NCBI GenBank assembly: GCA_037131555.1
Contig: JBAXQU010000007.1
Location: forward strand, 1,504-65,503
Reading direction: 5' to 3'
DNA length: 64,000 nt
From: Bacteroidota bacterium
Lineage (GTDB): Bacteria > Bacteroidota > Bacteroidia > 2-12-FULL-35-15
Part shown: piece after piece, positions 29,257 through 38,910 of the stretch
Numbering within the stretch: position 1 is the stretch's first letter
How the letters are laid out: each line of letters opens with the position of its first letter
The notes under the pieces: generated by a model
Databases searched by the model: none
What the model was told of the DNA's origin: nothing
Seen by the model: only the letters and a program-made list of their open reading frames with translations
Program-made: the position numbers and the translations under genes

Positions 29257-32010
29257 ATGAAGAAACAGCTACATTTTATTTCTATTCTTTTGTTTTTTTT
29301 ATCTTTCAACTGCACAAAAGGATTCTCATTAGAAAACAATATGGTTAAAACCCCTTTTTCTGAAAGTATGGATGAAGGTAACAAACTCCTAAGTAACGGA
29401 CAATTTAGTTCTGCCCTTACAATTTGGCAGAAACTACTTGAGCAAGATGCATTGAATGCGAACATAAATTTCAAATTGGGAATGTGTTATTTTAATTCTA
29501 TAGATGAGCAATCGAAAGCACTACCTTATTTCAGAAAGGCAAGTAAAACTATGGTCCAAAAGTATGATTTTTTTAACAATTCTGAAAAGGCTGCTCCATA
29601 TGATGTGCTATATTTTTTAAGTCAAACATACTTGGCAAATAATCAGCCAGACAGTGCACTCTTGATGTTGTTTCAATACGATGATAAAAGTAATGGAAAC
29701 CCTTCGATACCTGTTGATAAAGCGATTCGTAATTGTATAAATGCTAAAAATGCTTCGAAGAGTCCCAGAGATGTAACCATGAAAAATCCAGGGAAAAATG
29801 TAAATTCAACTTTTTCGGAAACGAATCCAGTGTTGACAATTGATAATTCGGTCATGTTTTTTGCATCGCGAAGAGCGCCTAAAGATGGGATTAAAAAAAT
29901 AAGTAACACGAATGGGAAATTTGATGAGGATATTTATTTTACAATGAAAGATGCGAAAGGGAACTGGGAACCCCCAATTGCTTTTAAATGGAACACAGAT
30001 AAAGACGAGGCTCCGCTCTGTCTTTCTGCAGACGGACTTACCTTATACATAAGAAAGGATATTAATGGACAAGCGGATGTTTTTCAAAGTAACTATATTG
30101 ATAAAGTTTGGAGTCAACCAAAGCCTGTTTCGGAAATTAATTCTTCATCAAATGAAACAGGAGTGTCAGTTTCAGCAGATGGAAAGTATCTTTATTTCTG
30201 TAGCGATAAGGAAGGTGGTATTGGTAAATTTGATATATACCAATGTGTAAAAACTGGCAGTAAATGGGGTAAGCCAAAAAACTTGGGAGACATAATCAAT
30301 ACAAATGCAAGTGAGATATCCCCATTTATAAATCCGAATGGCAAAACTTTATTCTTTAGCTCAAATGGAAATAAGGACGGAATGGGGGGGTATGATATTT
30401 TTTACTCTGAGATGAAAGAAGATGGAAACTGGAGTGCGCCACAAACGATGGGCTTCCCAATTAATACCACGCGTGATGATATTAACTATTATATCATAGG
30501 AGGAGGAACTAGATATTATTCAACAATACGTGAAGAAGCAGATAGCTACGATATTTTTAAAATTGAAGGTGGTGGCTTTTCAATGGAGAACATTGATGCA
30601 ACTGGTCAAGTGGTAACCCTCACAAAAGAAATGAGTGTAAGTGATGTTGTGGAGGTGAATAAAACAGTGGAGAAAGAAGTAGATGTTGTAGAAACTGTTG
30701 AAACAACGGTAGAAGTGATAAAGGAAGTTGAGCGAGTTGATGTGGAGAAGGAAAAACGTAAAATGGATTCAATGTTAGTTGTTGCACGAAAAGAAGTGAA
30801 TGCCGAGAATCTAAAAACGGAGGCAGAAAAGGTGAAAGCGGATGCTGAAAGAGTGAAGGCAGAAGCAGCAATAAAAACAGCAGAAGCGGAAAAAGCGAAA
30901 GCGGAAGCAGAAGGAAAAAAGGCGGATGCTGCAAAAGCTCAAGCAGATGCTGAACGAACAAAGTCGGAAGCGATTAAAGCTACTGCTGAGGCAGCAAAAG
31001 CGAAAGCAGATGCAGTCATGGCAGCAGCGCAGAAAGCTGCATCGGATGCAGTTAAAGCCAAGGCAGATGCCGATAAAGCAAAAGCGGATGCTGCGGCCTC
31101 ACAAGCCATTACCGTTAAAGTAAAAGCAGAAGCCGATAAGGCAACAGCAGAGGCTAATAAAGCTAAAGCTGACACTGATAAAACAAAAGCAATTGCTGAT
31201 AAAGCGAAAGCTGATGAGAATGCATTAAATCTGAAAAATCAATTGGCTGAAACAGAAAAGCCAAAATACGAGGCGTTGAAAATTCAGTCAGAGGCGGCTA
31301 AGTCTAAGGCCGAAGCAGATAAATTAAAGTCTCAAGAGGTATTGGCGAATGCTCAAAAGGCGCAAGCCGAGGCTTTGAAAGCTAAATCTGAATCAGATGC
31401 AACTAAAGCCACAGCTGCAGCACAAGTTGCACAAGCAACTGCTGATAATAAAAAAGCGGAAGTTGATAAATTAAAAGCACAAGCAGATATAGCAAATGCT
31501 GAAAAAGCAAAAGCTGATGCTACAAAGGCTGCTGCAATTGCTCAAACAACTCAAGCAACTGCTGATAATAAAAAAGCGGAAGCTGATAAATTAAAAGCAC
31601 AAGCGGATATCGCAAATGCTGAAAAAGCAAAAGCAGACGCTACAAAGGCTGCTGCTATTGCTCAAACAAGTCAAGCAACTGCAGATGCCAAAAAAGCAGA
31701 AGTTGATAAATTGAAAGCGCAAGCAGATATAGCAAATGCAGAGAAAGTAAAAGCCGATGCGGCAAAAGCGACTGCAATTGCAGATAAGGCAAAAGCGGAT
31801 GCGGATAAGGCTTTGGCCGATGCAAATGCAAAAAAATCACAAGCGGAAATTGCAAGTGCTGAAAAATCGAAGGCTGATGCGGCAAGAGCTGCTTCACTTG
31901 CTGAAAAATCAAAAACTGATGCAGAAGCAGCTAAAGCTAAATTGGAAATATTAAAGCTACAACCACCAGCACCAAAACCTACTGCAAATCCTACACAAAA
32001 AGGGAAATAG
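29257..32010 (+). CDS. Exported TPR + PD40 (TolB-like propeller) protein, PorE-like N-terminal half, with a long Ala/Lys-rich TolA-like C-terminal region
   Basis: Signal peptide, TPR-like helices, PD40 repeats (SADGKYLYFCSD..GGIGKFDIY; NPNGKTLFFSSNG..GMGGYDIF; MGFPINT..DD), then about 400 aa of AEKAKA-type sequence. No OmpA C-terminal domain. Confidence 0.85.
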   Translation: MKKQLHFISILLFFLSFNCTKGFSLENNMVKTPFSESMDEGNKLLSNGQFSSALTIWQKLLEQDALNANINFKLGMCYFNSIDEQSKALPYFRKASKTMVQKYDFFNNSEKAAPYDVLYFLSQTYLANNQPDSALLMLFQYDDKSNGNPSIPVDKAIRNCINAKNASKSPRDVTMKNPGKNVNSTFSETNPVLTIDNSVMFFASRRAPKDGIKKISNTNGKFDEDIYFTMKDAKGNWEPPIAFKWNTDKDEAPLCLSADGLTLYIRKDINGQADVFQSNYIDKVWSQPKPVSEINSSSNETGVSVSADGKYLYFCSDKEGGIGKFDIYQCVKTGSKWGKPKNLGDIINTNASEISPFINPNGKTLFFSSNGNKDGMGGYDIFYSEMKEDGNWSAPQTMGFPINTTRDDINYYIIGGGTRYYSTIREEADSYDIFKIEGGGFSMENIDATGQVVTLTKEMSVSDVVEVNKTVEKEVDVVETVETTVEVIKEVERVDVEKEKRKMDSMLVVARKEVNAENLKTEAEKVKADAERVKAEAAIKTAEAEKAKAEAEGKKADAAKAQADAERTKSEAIKATAEAAKAKADAVMAAAQKAASDAVKAKADADKAKADAAASQAITVKVKAEADKATAEANKAKADTDKTKAIADKAKADENALNLKNQLAETEKPKYEALKIQSEAAKSKAEADKLKSQEVLANAQKAQAEALKAKSESDATKATAAAQVAQATADNKKAEVDKLKAQADIANAEKAKADATKAAAIAQTTQATADNKKAEADKLKAQADIANAEKAKADATKAAAIAQTSQATADAKKAEVDKLKAQADIANAEKVKADAAKATAIADKAKADADKALADANAKKSQAEIASAEKSKADAARAASLAEKSKTDAEAAKAKLEILKLQPPAPKPTANPTQKGK
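31420..31779 (+). repeat. Intragenic tandem repeat, 3 x 120 bp (40 aa)
   Basis: QATADNKKAEVDKLKAQADIANAEKAKADATKAAAIAQ recurs; lines 31441, 31561 and 31681 are near-identical. Confidence 0.9.
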
Positions 32011-32024
32011 TAATAAATATGTAT

Positions 32025-32066
32025 AAAAAAAGAGGCTGATTCGTTAATGAATCAGCCTCTTTTTTT
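32025..32066. terminator. Bidirectional Rho-independent terminator between convergent genes
   Basis: A7-GAGGCTGATTC-gttaat-GAATCAGCCTC-T7. Confidence 0.9.
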
Positions 32067-32073
32067 AATAAAA

Positions 32074-34266
32074 TTATTGTATAATTATTTTCCGATTACT
32101 TCGATTATTGTTCTCGTCTTCCACACATACAAAGTAGAGACCTGAGGGTAATGATCCTCTATCGAATATTAAAATTTTTCCTGTAAAGGATAGTTGTTTC
32201 ATTTCTTCTCCCAACAAGTTAATGATTTTTATTGAACTGTTTTTTTGTTCTTTGTTAAACGAAATTGATGTTTGTCTGGTGAACGGGTTAGGGGAAATGC
32301 TGAAGTCTATCTGTCTCTCCTTCTGGTTAAAAACTACTGTAGATAAATTAATGTCATCGTTTGTATTAATAAGATTGTTGGCCTTGTAATACACTAAAAT
32401 AGCGGACTCATTCTGTGGGCTTGATGTTCCCCAAGGTGTAATATTCGTAACAGGTATATCGTTACCCAAAGCATTGCCAAGTGTATCTGCCGTTTGTCTT
32501 CCAACAGCTATAACTCCTTGGCTAGTTTTATACACTCCAAATAATTCAGTATTACTACCCCCAGCTTGTGTTATTGTATCCCATTTCCCCACCACTAAAG
32601 AACTATAAAGAGGTACATGAAACTCCGGATCATACACTCTAACAAAACTATTCCAACAGCTTTTACCTCCCCAATATGGTTTCACCATCTTTTGATAAGC
32701 ATTAGCTGTGGTGATTGTTCTTCTTCCAACACCTAGTACGCAAACGTTTCCTGCCGAAGTTACCTTCATGCTATTTTTGGTAATACGAGTTGTATTCAAA
32801 TCAGGCCATCCAGTATTTGGGTCTGGCCATCCGTCCAGGTTTGGGTCAATATGAGGAGTTCCTAGTGAGCCAGTGCCTTCATAAAGTTCAGCCATGTAGG
32901 TGGAGTTGGTTAGCATACCATCGTTTAGTTGAAGTTTACCAAGCCAAGTTTCGTGAATGTTGCCAAAGGTTCCGGTAAAATGGTTTTGAAAACCGTAGGC
33001 AGAAGGATTCGAAGTAACGGTGTTTCCTTCCCAAAAATTTTCTGTGTTGTTTCCATGACAACGAGCGCCAACAACTAATTTATTATTGTTATAATCTATC
33101 GCCAAAGCATCGATGTATTGATCAGGAATAGACTCCATAGTGTCACCTGCAGGTGTGATTTCGTGATATAATCTACTCCACCAATCTAACATACCTGAGC
33201 TATCCATTGCAATTACTGCAGGTTCGAAATCGGGCGAGTTTCCATTTGCCGAATCGGATGTACTCTTCATATTCATTCCAATATATAAATTTCCATTTCT
33301 TCTATCAATTGCGATATTGGTCCCCCCATGAACTGGGCAACAAGAAGCAGCTGAGTATCCTGTATATCCTGGACTTACAGCGGTAGGGTTGTTAGGGTCG
33401 CACGGCCCGTTAAATAAAATATCCGTTGGCCACTTACCTTGTTTTAACCCTCCGTTACCATCTGGACTTACTGCTAAATAATCATTCATCGTCCACGATC
33501 GTAAATCGCAACGCCCCCAAATCTTAAGTACAATCCCGCTATACGAGATGGATGCTAAGCCTCCAGGCGCTGAAGTAGCAGGTGCTCCATGCCATTCGCC
33601 ACCAGCAGTTAACCAATGGGTGCGCCAATTGTTGATTACCCTTCGGTTTCCTGCATTGTCCATGCTGTAAATAGCACTCCAATTATAACCAAAGGGTTCT
33701 CCTACTATATAGTAAACTTCTCCATCTTTGTTTACATCCCAAGGTTGGTAGTCTTGCAAATAGCTTGTTGCCCATACGTTTCGTGACCAAACCAATGAAG
33801 TAGGTGTTCCATTGATGAAATTATTATTGAGCTTTGCAATAAAATACCCACCATCATTATTATATGTATCAGCTGTAGTTCCACTAATGAATAAGTCTCC
33901 TGTTGGAGCATAGGGCAATGAAGTGGTCTTTATAAATCGAATATTCTCAACAGCTCCTTGAGGAAAATGAACGACTTCTATTATATTTTGCAAATCGGCA
34001 GAAAGGTGAAGGATAAACCCAAAACGGTTTGTGCCAAGTGAATTGTGAATACCACTTGTGTTGGTTAGTTGAATTCGAGGAATAGAATTGTCAATCCAGT
34101 TTAAATCGCTTGCATAACCTGCTACTAAAAATGTTCCGTCAGTAATCTCTGTAACATCATAAAATGTTTCTTTACCTGCATTCCCTGCGTAGGTAACAAT
34201 ATTTGTTTGTGAACGAACAATAAGTGCACTAGCTAAGAAAATGATAATGGTACAAATGTTTTTCAT
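32074..34266 (-). CDS. T9SS type-A cargo of unknown function (probably beta-propeller-like)
   Basis: Signal peptide (VRS-Q), Trp/Gly/Asp-rich body, CTD ISPNPF...INLLGE...LPSGLYFV...RKIIIQ. Confidence 0.8.
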   Translation of the reverse strand: MKNICTIIIFLASALIVRSQTNIVTYAGNAGKETFYDVTEITDGTFLVAGYASDLNWIDNSIPRIQLTNTSGIHNSLGTNRFGFILHLSADLQNIIEVVHFPQGAVENIRFIKTTSLPYAPTGDLFISGTTADTYNNDGGYFIAKLNNNFINGTPTSLVWSRNVWATSYLQDYQPWDVNKDGEVYYIVGEPFGYNWSAIYSMDNAGNRRVINNWRTHWLTAGGEWHGAPATSAPGGLASISYSGIVLKIWGRCDLRSWTMNDYLAVSPDGNGGLKQGKWPTDILFNGPCDPNNPTAVSPGYTGYSAASCCPVHGGTNIAIDRRNGNLYIGMNMKSTSDSANGNSPDFEPAVIAMDSSGMLDWWSRLYHEITPAGDTMESIPDQYIDALAIDYNNNKLVVGARCHGNNTENFWEGNTVTSNPSAYGFQNHFTGTFGNIHETWLGKLQLNDGMLTNSTYMAELYEGTGSLGTPHIDPNLDGWPDPNTGWPDLNTTRITKNSMKVTSAGNVCVLGVGRRTITTANAYQKMVKPYWGGKSCWNSFVRVYDPEFHVPLYSSLVVGKWDTITQAGGSNTELFGVYKTSQGVIAVGRQTADTLGNALGNDIPVTNITPWGTSSPQNESAILVYYKANNLINTNDDINLSTVVFNQKERQIDFSISPNPFTRQTSISFNKEQKNSSIKIINLLGEEMKQLSFTGKILIFDRGSLPSGLYFVCVEDENNNRSNRKIIIQ

Positions 34267-34335
34267 AAAAAATAATTTAAGTTGTTATTCCTGAAAATAT
34301 AAATGTTTGTTTTTTGATAAGTGTTTTCTCCTTTT

Positions 34336-36390
34336 CTACAATCTGATACCTATAATAGTAACATCATCCACTTGTTCGAGATTACCTTTCCATTTATCAA
34401 ATTCAAGGGATAGCGTTTCTTTTTGTTTAAAGGTACTTAAATTGCCTGAAGCAATTAATTTTTCTTGAAGTAATTTATGTTTATATTTTTTACCATTTGG
34501 TCCGCCAAATTGATCAGCATATCCATCGGTGAAAAGATAAATGCAAATATTGTCAGTGTATGTTATTTGATGCGTAGTAAACGGTTGTGGATGTTCTGTT
34601 TTCCCAATAGATTGTTTATTGGGTTTGATTTCTGTAAGCGTATTGTCATTTAACATCCACAGCGGATTATTAGCTCCGCTCCAAGTAATTGTTTTTGATT
34701 TTTTGTTGAAGGCAATTAACGAAATATCCATTCCGTCTTTTATTTCTTCTCCACTTTTTTCAAATGTTTCTAATACTAATTCACGTGTTTTGTCTAGTAT
34801 TAGTCCGGTAGTTGTCAAATGAAATTCATTGGTTGCTCTGTTCAATGCATTGCTGCAAACCACACTCACCATAGCACCTGGTACTCCATGTCCTGTACTG
34901 TCAGCGGCCGCTAGAAATACGGTGTCTTCTGCTGAAGAATAATACAACCAATAAAAATCTCCAGCTACAATGTCTTTCGGTTTGTACAAAATAAAACTTT
35001 CAGGGAAGTGTTTTTTTATTTCTTCATCAGATGGAAGTATGGCTTGCTGTAATCGTTTAGCATAAGTAATCGAGTCGATTATTTCTTTTTGTTTTTCTTC
35101 AATCAATAGTTTCTGACTTTCTACTACTTTCTTTTTTTGTTCTACTGTGTTCTTTTGTTCTTCAATGATGTTTTTTTGTTTTCGTGTCAAACGTAACGAC
35201 CGCAAAACAAAGCCGGCAAACACGATAACTAAAATCAATCCTAGTACAACAAATGCAATGATGAGTTTTTGTTTTCTGCTTTTTTCTTCCGAAAGTTTTT
35301 CTTGATTCTCTAATTCCTTTTTATGTTCAGCATTTGCTACGGCTTCTTTTTTCTCAAAATCGTGAGTCATTTGTGTTTGAATCGTTTTCTTTCTCGACTC
35401 CTCATTGTTTAAGCTATCTCGGTAAAGTGTATATAATTTCTGATTTTCTAGTGCTCCTTTGAAATCTCCTTTTGCACTATCTAAAAATGTTAATCGATAA
35501 TATACTGCTTGCAATTCTTCTTTGTATCCAATTTCTTTTGCAATCAGTTTTTCCTTTTGCAAATATTGTTCTGCTTCTTTATACTTCTTTTGGCGTAAAT
35601 AAAGCTCACCTATGTTGCCATAAGTAGCAGCTATGCCAGGTTTGTGATTGAGTTCCTCTCTGAGTTTTAAGCAGGCTGTATAGTTTTGTATCGCTTCATC
35701 ATAATTTTGTTTTAGTACATATATATTACCAATGTTATTATAGCAAAAAGCAATACCCGATTTATCATTTAATTCTTGTTTCATTTTTAATGAAATGGAA
35801 TAATGCTTCAATGCATCATCTAGTTTTCCTTGTTCGGCATAAATATTTCCAATATTGTTGTTGCACCTAGCTACACTCAGTTTGTCGCCTGCAGAATCGG
35901 AGATAGCGAGTGAAAGTTGATAGTTTTTTAATGCTTCATCAAAATTGGTTTGAGCATCGTAAACATTGCCAATGCTATTGTACGAAAGCGCAACACCGGT
36001 TTTATTTTTTAATGTTTCGTATATTTTTAATCCAGAGAAGTAATTATTCAACGCTTCAGGAAAGGCTCCTTTATCATAATAAATTCCACCCAATGTTTGA
36101 TACGATTTTGCTTTGGCTTTTAATATCATCGGCTTCGCATTCTCATCTTTGTTTTCATTCAACATGATATCGCTTATGCGAATGGCTGAATCGGCAACAG
36201 CTATTGCTTTATAAAATGAAAAATTGTTTTCGTATTCCAAAGCCAATTCGTTCAAGCATTTCACCTTTTGCGAATTAACTTTTTCGTTTTTTAAAACGTT
36301 GAGAAGTGAATCAATTAATTTCGATTGAGCACCAGCAATAAATGGAATGAATAGAAAAAGGTGTATGTAGAGTAATCGTTTATTCTTCAT
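34336..36390 (-). CDS. Membrane sensor: periplasmic TPR + TM + coiled coil + SpoIIE/RsbU-type PP2C phosphatase
   Basis: YNNIGNIY-type TPRs, TM LIIAFVVLGLILVIVFAGFVL, PP2C motifs DIVAGDFYW, ADSTGHGVPGA, FTDGYADQFGG and QVDDVT. Confidence 0.92.
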   Translation of the reverse strand: MKNKRLLYIHLFLFIPFIAGAQSKLIDSLLNVLKNEKVNSQKVKCLNELALEYENNFSFYKAIAVADSAIRISDIMLNENKDENAKPMILKAKAKSYQTLGGIYYDKGAFPEALNNYFSGLKIYETLKNKTGVALSYNSIGNVYDAQTNFDEALKNYQLSLAISDSAGDKLSVARCNNNIGNIYAEQGKLDDALKHYSISLKMKQELNDKSGIAFCYNNIGNIYVLKQNYDEAIQNYTACLKLREELNHKPGIAATYGNIGELYLRQKKYKEAEQYLQKEKLIAKEIGYKEELQAVYYRLTFLDSAKGDFKGALENQKLYTLYRDSLNNEESRKKTIQTQMTHDFEKKEAVANAEHKKELENQEKLSEEKSRKQKLIIAFVVLGLILVIVFAGFVLRSLRLTRKQKNIIEEQKNTVEQKKKVVESQKLLIEEKQKEIIDSITYAKRLQQAILPSDEEIKKHFPESFILYKPKDIVAGDFYWLYYSSAEDTVFLAAADSTGHGVPGAMVSVVCSNALNRATNEFHLTTTGLILDKTRELVLETFEKSGEEIKDGMDISLIAFNKKSKTITWSGANNPLWMLNDNTLTEIKPNKQSIGKTEHPQPFTTHQITYTDNICIYLFTDGYADQFGGPNGKKYKHKLLQEKLIASGNLSTFKQKETLSLEFDKWKGNLEQVDDVTIIGIRL

Positions 36391-36422
36391 CAGCAGGAGA
36401 TGTTTGATTAATATATCTGCAA

Positions 36423-36430
36423 CAAATGTA
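36423..36430 (-). promoter_or_regulatory. Bacteroidota -7 promoter element
   Basis: TACATTTG on the minus strand, 32 bp upstream of 36390. Confidence 0.6.
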
Positions 36431-36452
36431 AAATATTAAAAAGAAATATGTA

Positions 36453-38654
36453 CTAATTCTTAATCAACTTTCTATTCACTATATTTTTCTTCTCATCTTC
36501 TATTCTCACAAAATAGATTCCTTTTGCATAGCCACTCATATCAATTGTGAAGTTTTGGTTATTGGTGGCAAGTTGTTGAATACATTCGCCAAGAGGATTC
36601 ATTATTTTTATGGTTGTGTTTTTTTGTTCTTCACCAAACGAAATTGTAAATTGTGATGTGAATGGATTCGGTGTAATACTTACTCCATCATTTTTCGAAC
36701 TATTATCTATACCAACAGTGATAAGATTGGTAGGTTGAATGTTGAAACTAAGTGGTAAACCAGAAGCATTGTTTGCTTTGAAATCAGTAATGGAAATATT
36801 GAGTGGTGAGGCATCGCTTAAAAATGTATTGACACGTAATTTGAAGTCAGCTATCTTGCCACTTCCATTCACGCTCGAATGGTCAATTCTGGTTTCTGCT
36901 CCATACATCATTCCTGCCAAAGGGTCGGCTTTTGCTATCGAAATAGCATCATTACCCATGGTACCAAACCAAGAGTTGGGATAACTAATTGTTTCGGTAC
37001 CAGTTTGAACAAGTGAAGAATTGTAGCTTATGTTGAAAGAAATGCCATACAAATCGACAGCTGGTGTAGTGTAATTTCCGAGCAAGAGTTCTGCATCTAC
37101 CCAATCGCCTGCATTGTAGGCATTACCCATTATTTGCAATCGAATATCAGGAGAATTTGTTTTAATAGTTGATTGATTAACGGTGATGGCATGAACCAAA
37201 TTATAGTTGAGGTTGATGGCGAGTGTATCGTTTTGGTCTATCGTTCCATCTCCGTTGCTGTCAACATGTTTTAAATCTGCACCGTTGTTTTGTATCTGTC
37301 CGAAATTGGTTGCTGTGTCTCCTTGCCAAAGATTACCTTGAACCGTGCGAGGCGAACCGACTTCACCATAATACAATCCAATTGGTAACAAATCATTATT
37401 ATTAACTACCGAATCGCTGTTAGCATCTCCTGGCCATACTAAAGTCGAATCGGTATAACAATTAGCGGTATCTACAAAGATGACAAGGTATAAAATTGTT
37501 GTAGCTGCAGGAACTCCGTTATCGGTAGCGGTGAGTGAAACGATGTTTAGCCCTGCATTTGCATTCGAGCAAATTAACTTAATTTGAATAGTCGAAATAT
37601 TTCCGAAATTGCTGGATAACATGATTATGCCAGGCGTTCCAGCGGTATTTACAACAACACTAGTAGTTTGTCCAAGTTCGACAGAGTTGAAATGTTCGGT
37701 GACTATCACCGAGTCGTTCAACCCACATATTCTTATGGTATCTGTTGATTGGAAAGGGAAGGGCACAGGAGGTAAATTGGGATTGGTGACACAGATGGTG
37801 AAATCAGTGGTTGCCGGTATTCCGTTACCCGAATCGTAAACTCTTACCCAATAGGTAGTACCAGCTACTAAGTTGTTGAAAGCGGATGATTCCGTTCCCC
37901 CTATTCCAGTAGCGTTTACACATCCTAATGAGTAAGCTCCACAGGCACCTGAAAACAATTCGAACACTGGGTCGAAACCGGACGAACCATCAACAGTAAT
38001 AGTTTGAGTTGCATCAGTAGCCGTAAAGTAAAACCATACATCATCATTTGTACTCCCTGCGTTCCCACAAGTTGCAATAGCGGTTTGTGTTGCACCATCT
38101 ACAGAGCCTGGAGTTGGAGAACAGATATTAGACGGTATTAGTGCTTGTGCTCCCGAACAATTGTCGTTTGTTGGTAAGCTGACAACACAAATATCGAATG
38201 CACCATTCGTAATTGCAGCCGCCCCATTGTAATCATACACTCTTATATAATAGTATTCACCTGGTGTAGTTGGGAAAGCAATTGATTCAGTGCCTCCGAA
38301 TCCAGCCGCGACTCCGCAAACGATAGAGCTACCTAAACAAGAAGCCGAGCCTAATGTATCGCTGCTAAATACCTCAACCGCTGGAGTCATACTGGTGTCG
38401 GTTACGGTGACGATATTTATGGAACTACTTGCCATGAAATAGTACCAAACATCATCATCAGGAGGTGTTAGATTGCATCCGCTTATTGAACCAATCCCCG
38501 AATTAGTAGCAAGGTCCACAGTGCCCGAGGTGGGTATGCAATTACCATTCGAAACAAGTAATATGGCTCCCGAGCAATCGTCATTAGTTGGTGATTGTGA
38601 GTAAGTATTTATGGCAGTTGCAATAAATACAATCAAAAGGAAAAGTTTTTTCAT
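36453..38654 (-). CDS. T9SS type-A cargo: two NDxC/DVW-type beta domains, an Ig-like module, dockerin-like and cohesin-like domains
   Basis: PTNDDCSGA...DDVWYYF...YYIRVYD occurs twice. WPGDANSDSVVNNNDL and DSNGDGTIDQNDT Ca-binding loops; LYGISFNISY...GSGKIADF cohesin-like segment; CTD ITPNPF...AKGIYFV...RKLIKN. Confidence 0.82.
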   Translation of the reverse strand: MKKLFLLIVFIATAINTYSQSPTNDDCSGAILLVSNGNCIPTSGTVDLATNSGIGSISGCNLTPPDDDVWYYFMASSSINIVTVTDTSMTPAVEVFSSDTLGSASCLGSSIVCGVAAGFGGTESIAFPTTPGEYYYIRVYDYNGAAAITNGAFDICVVSLPTNDNCSGAQALIPSNICSPTPGSVDGATQTAIATCGNAGSTNDDVWFYFTATDATQTITVDGSSGFDPVFELFSGACGAYSLGCVNATGIGGTESSAFNNLVAGTTYWVRVYDSGNGIPATTDFTICVTNPNLPPVPFPFQSTDTIRICGLNDSVIVTEHFNSVELGQTTSVVVNTAGTPGIIMLSSNFGNISTIQIKLICSNANAGLNIVSLTATDNGVPAATTILYLVIFVDTANCYTDSTLVWPGDANSDSVVNNNDLLPIGLYYGEVGSPRTVQGNLWQGDTATNFGQIQNNGADLKHVDSNGDGTIDQNDTLAINLNYNLVHAITVNQSTIKTNSPDIRLQIMGNAYNAGDWVDAELLLGNYTTPAVDLYGISFNISYNSSLVQTGTETISYPNSWFGTMGNDAISIAKADPLAGMMYGAETRIDHSSVNGSGKIADFKLRVNTFLSDASPLNISITDFKANNASGLPLSFNIQPTNLITVGIDNSSKNDGVSITPNPFTSQFTISFGEEQKNTTIKIMNPLGECIQQLATNNQNFTIDMSGYAKGIYFVRIEDEKKNIVNRKLIKN

Positions 38655-38687
38655 GGCTTTAAATTCTTAATGAATAATTTGACACTA

Positions 38688-38718
38688 CAAATGTAGTCAT
38701 AAATAAATTGAATGTCAA
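38688..38718 (-). promoter_or_regulatory. Bacteroidota promoter (TTG-N20-TACATTTG)
   Basis: Minus-strand TACATTTG at 38688-38695 and TTG at 38716-38718, upstream of the start at 38654. Confidence 0.65.
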
Positions 38719-38910
38719 TAAATTTGACCGAATTTTTTCAACCTCACTTTATCCTATCTCGGTAGAAATTTCAATTTTATATTTTCCTTTCGAAATCCTA
38801 CTTGTCATATCTTTCGAATTTTTAGGTGGTCAATCATCCATTTGCATCTAAACTGATGTTTTGATGTATACTTATATTATATGTATACTCGAAATTCCCC
38901 TTTTGAGGTA

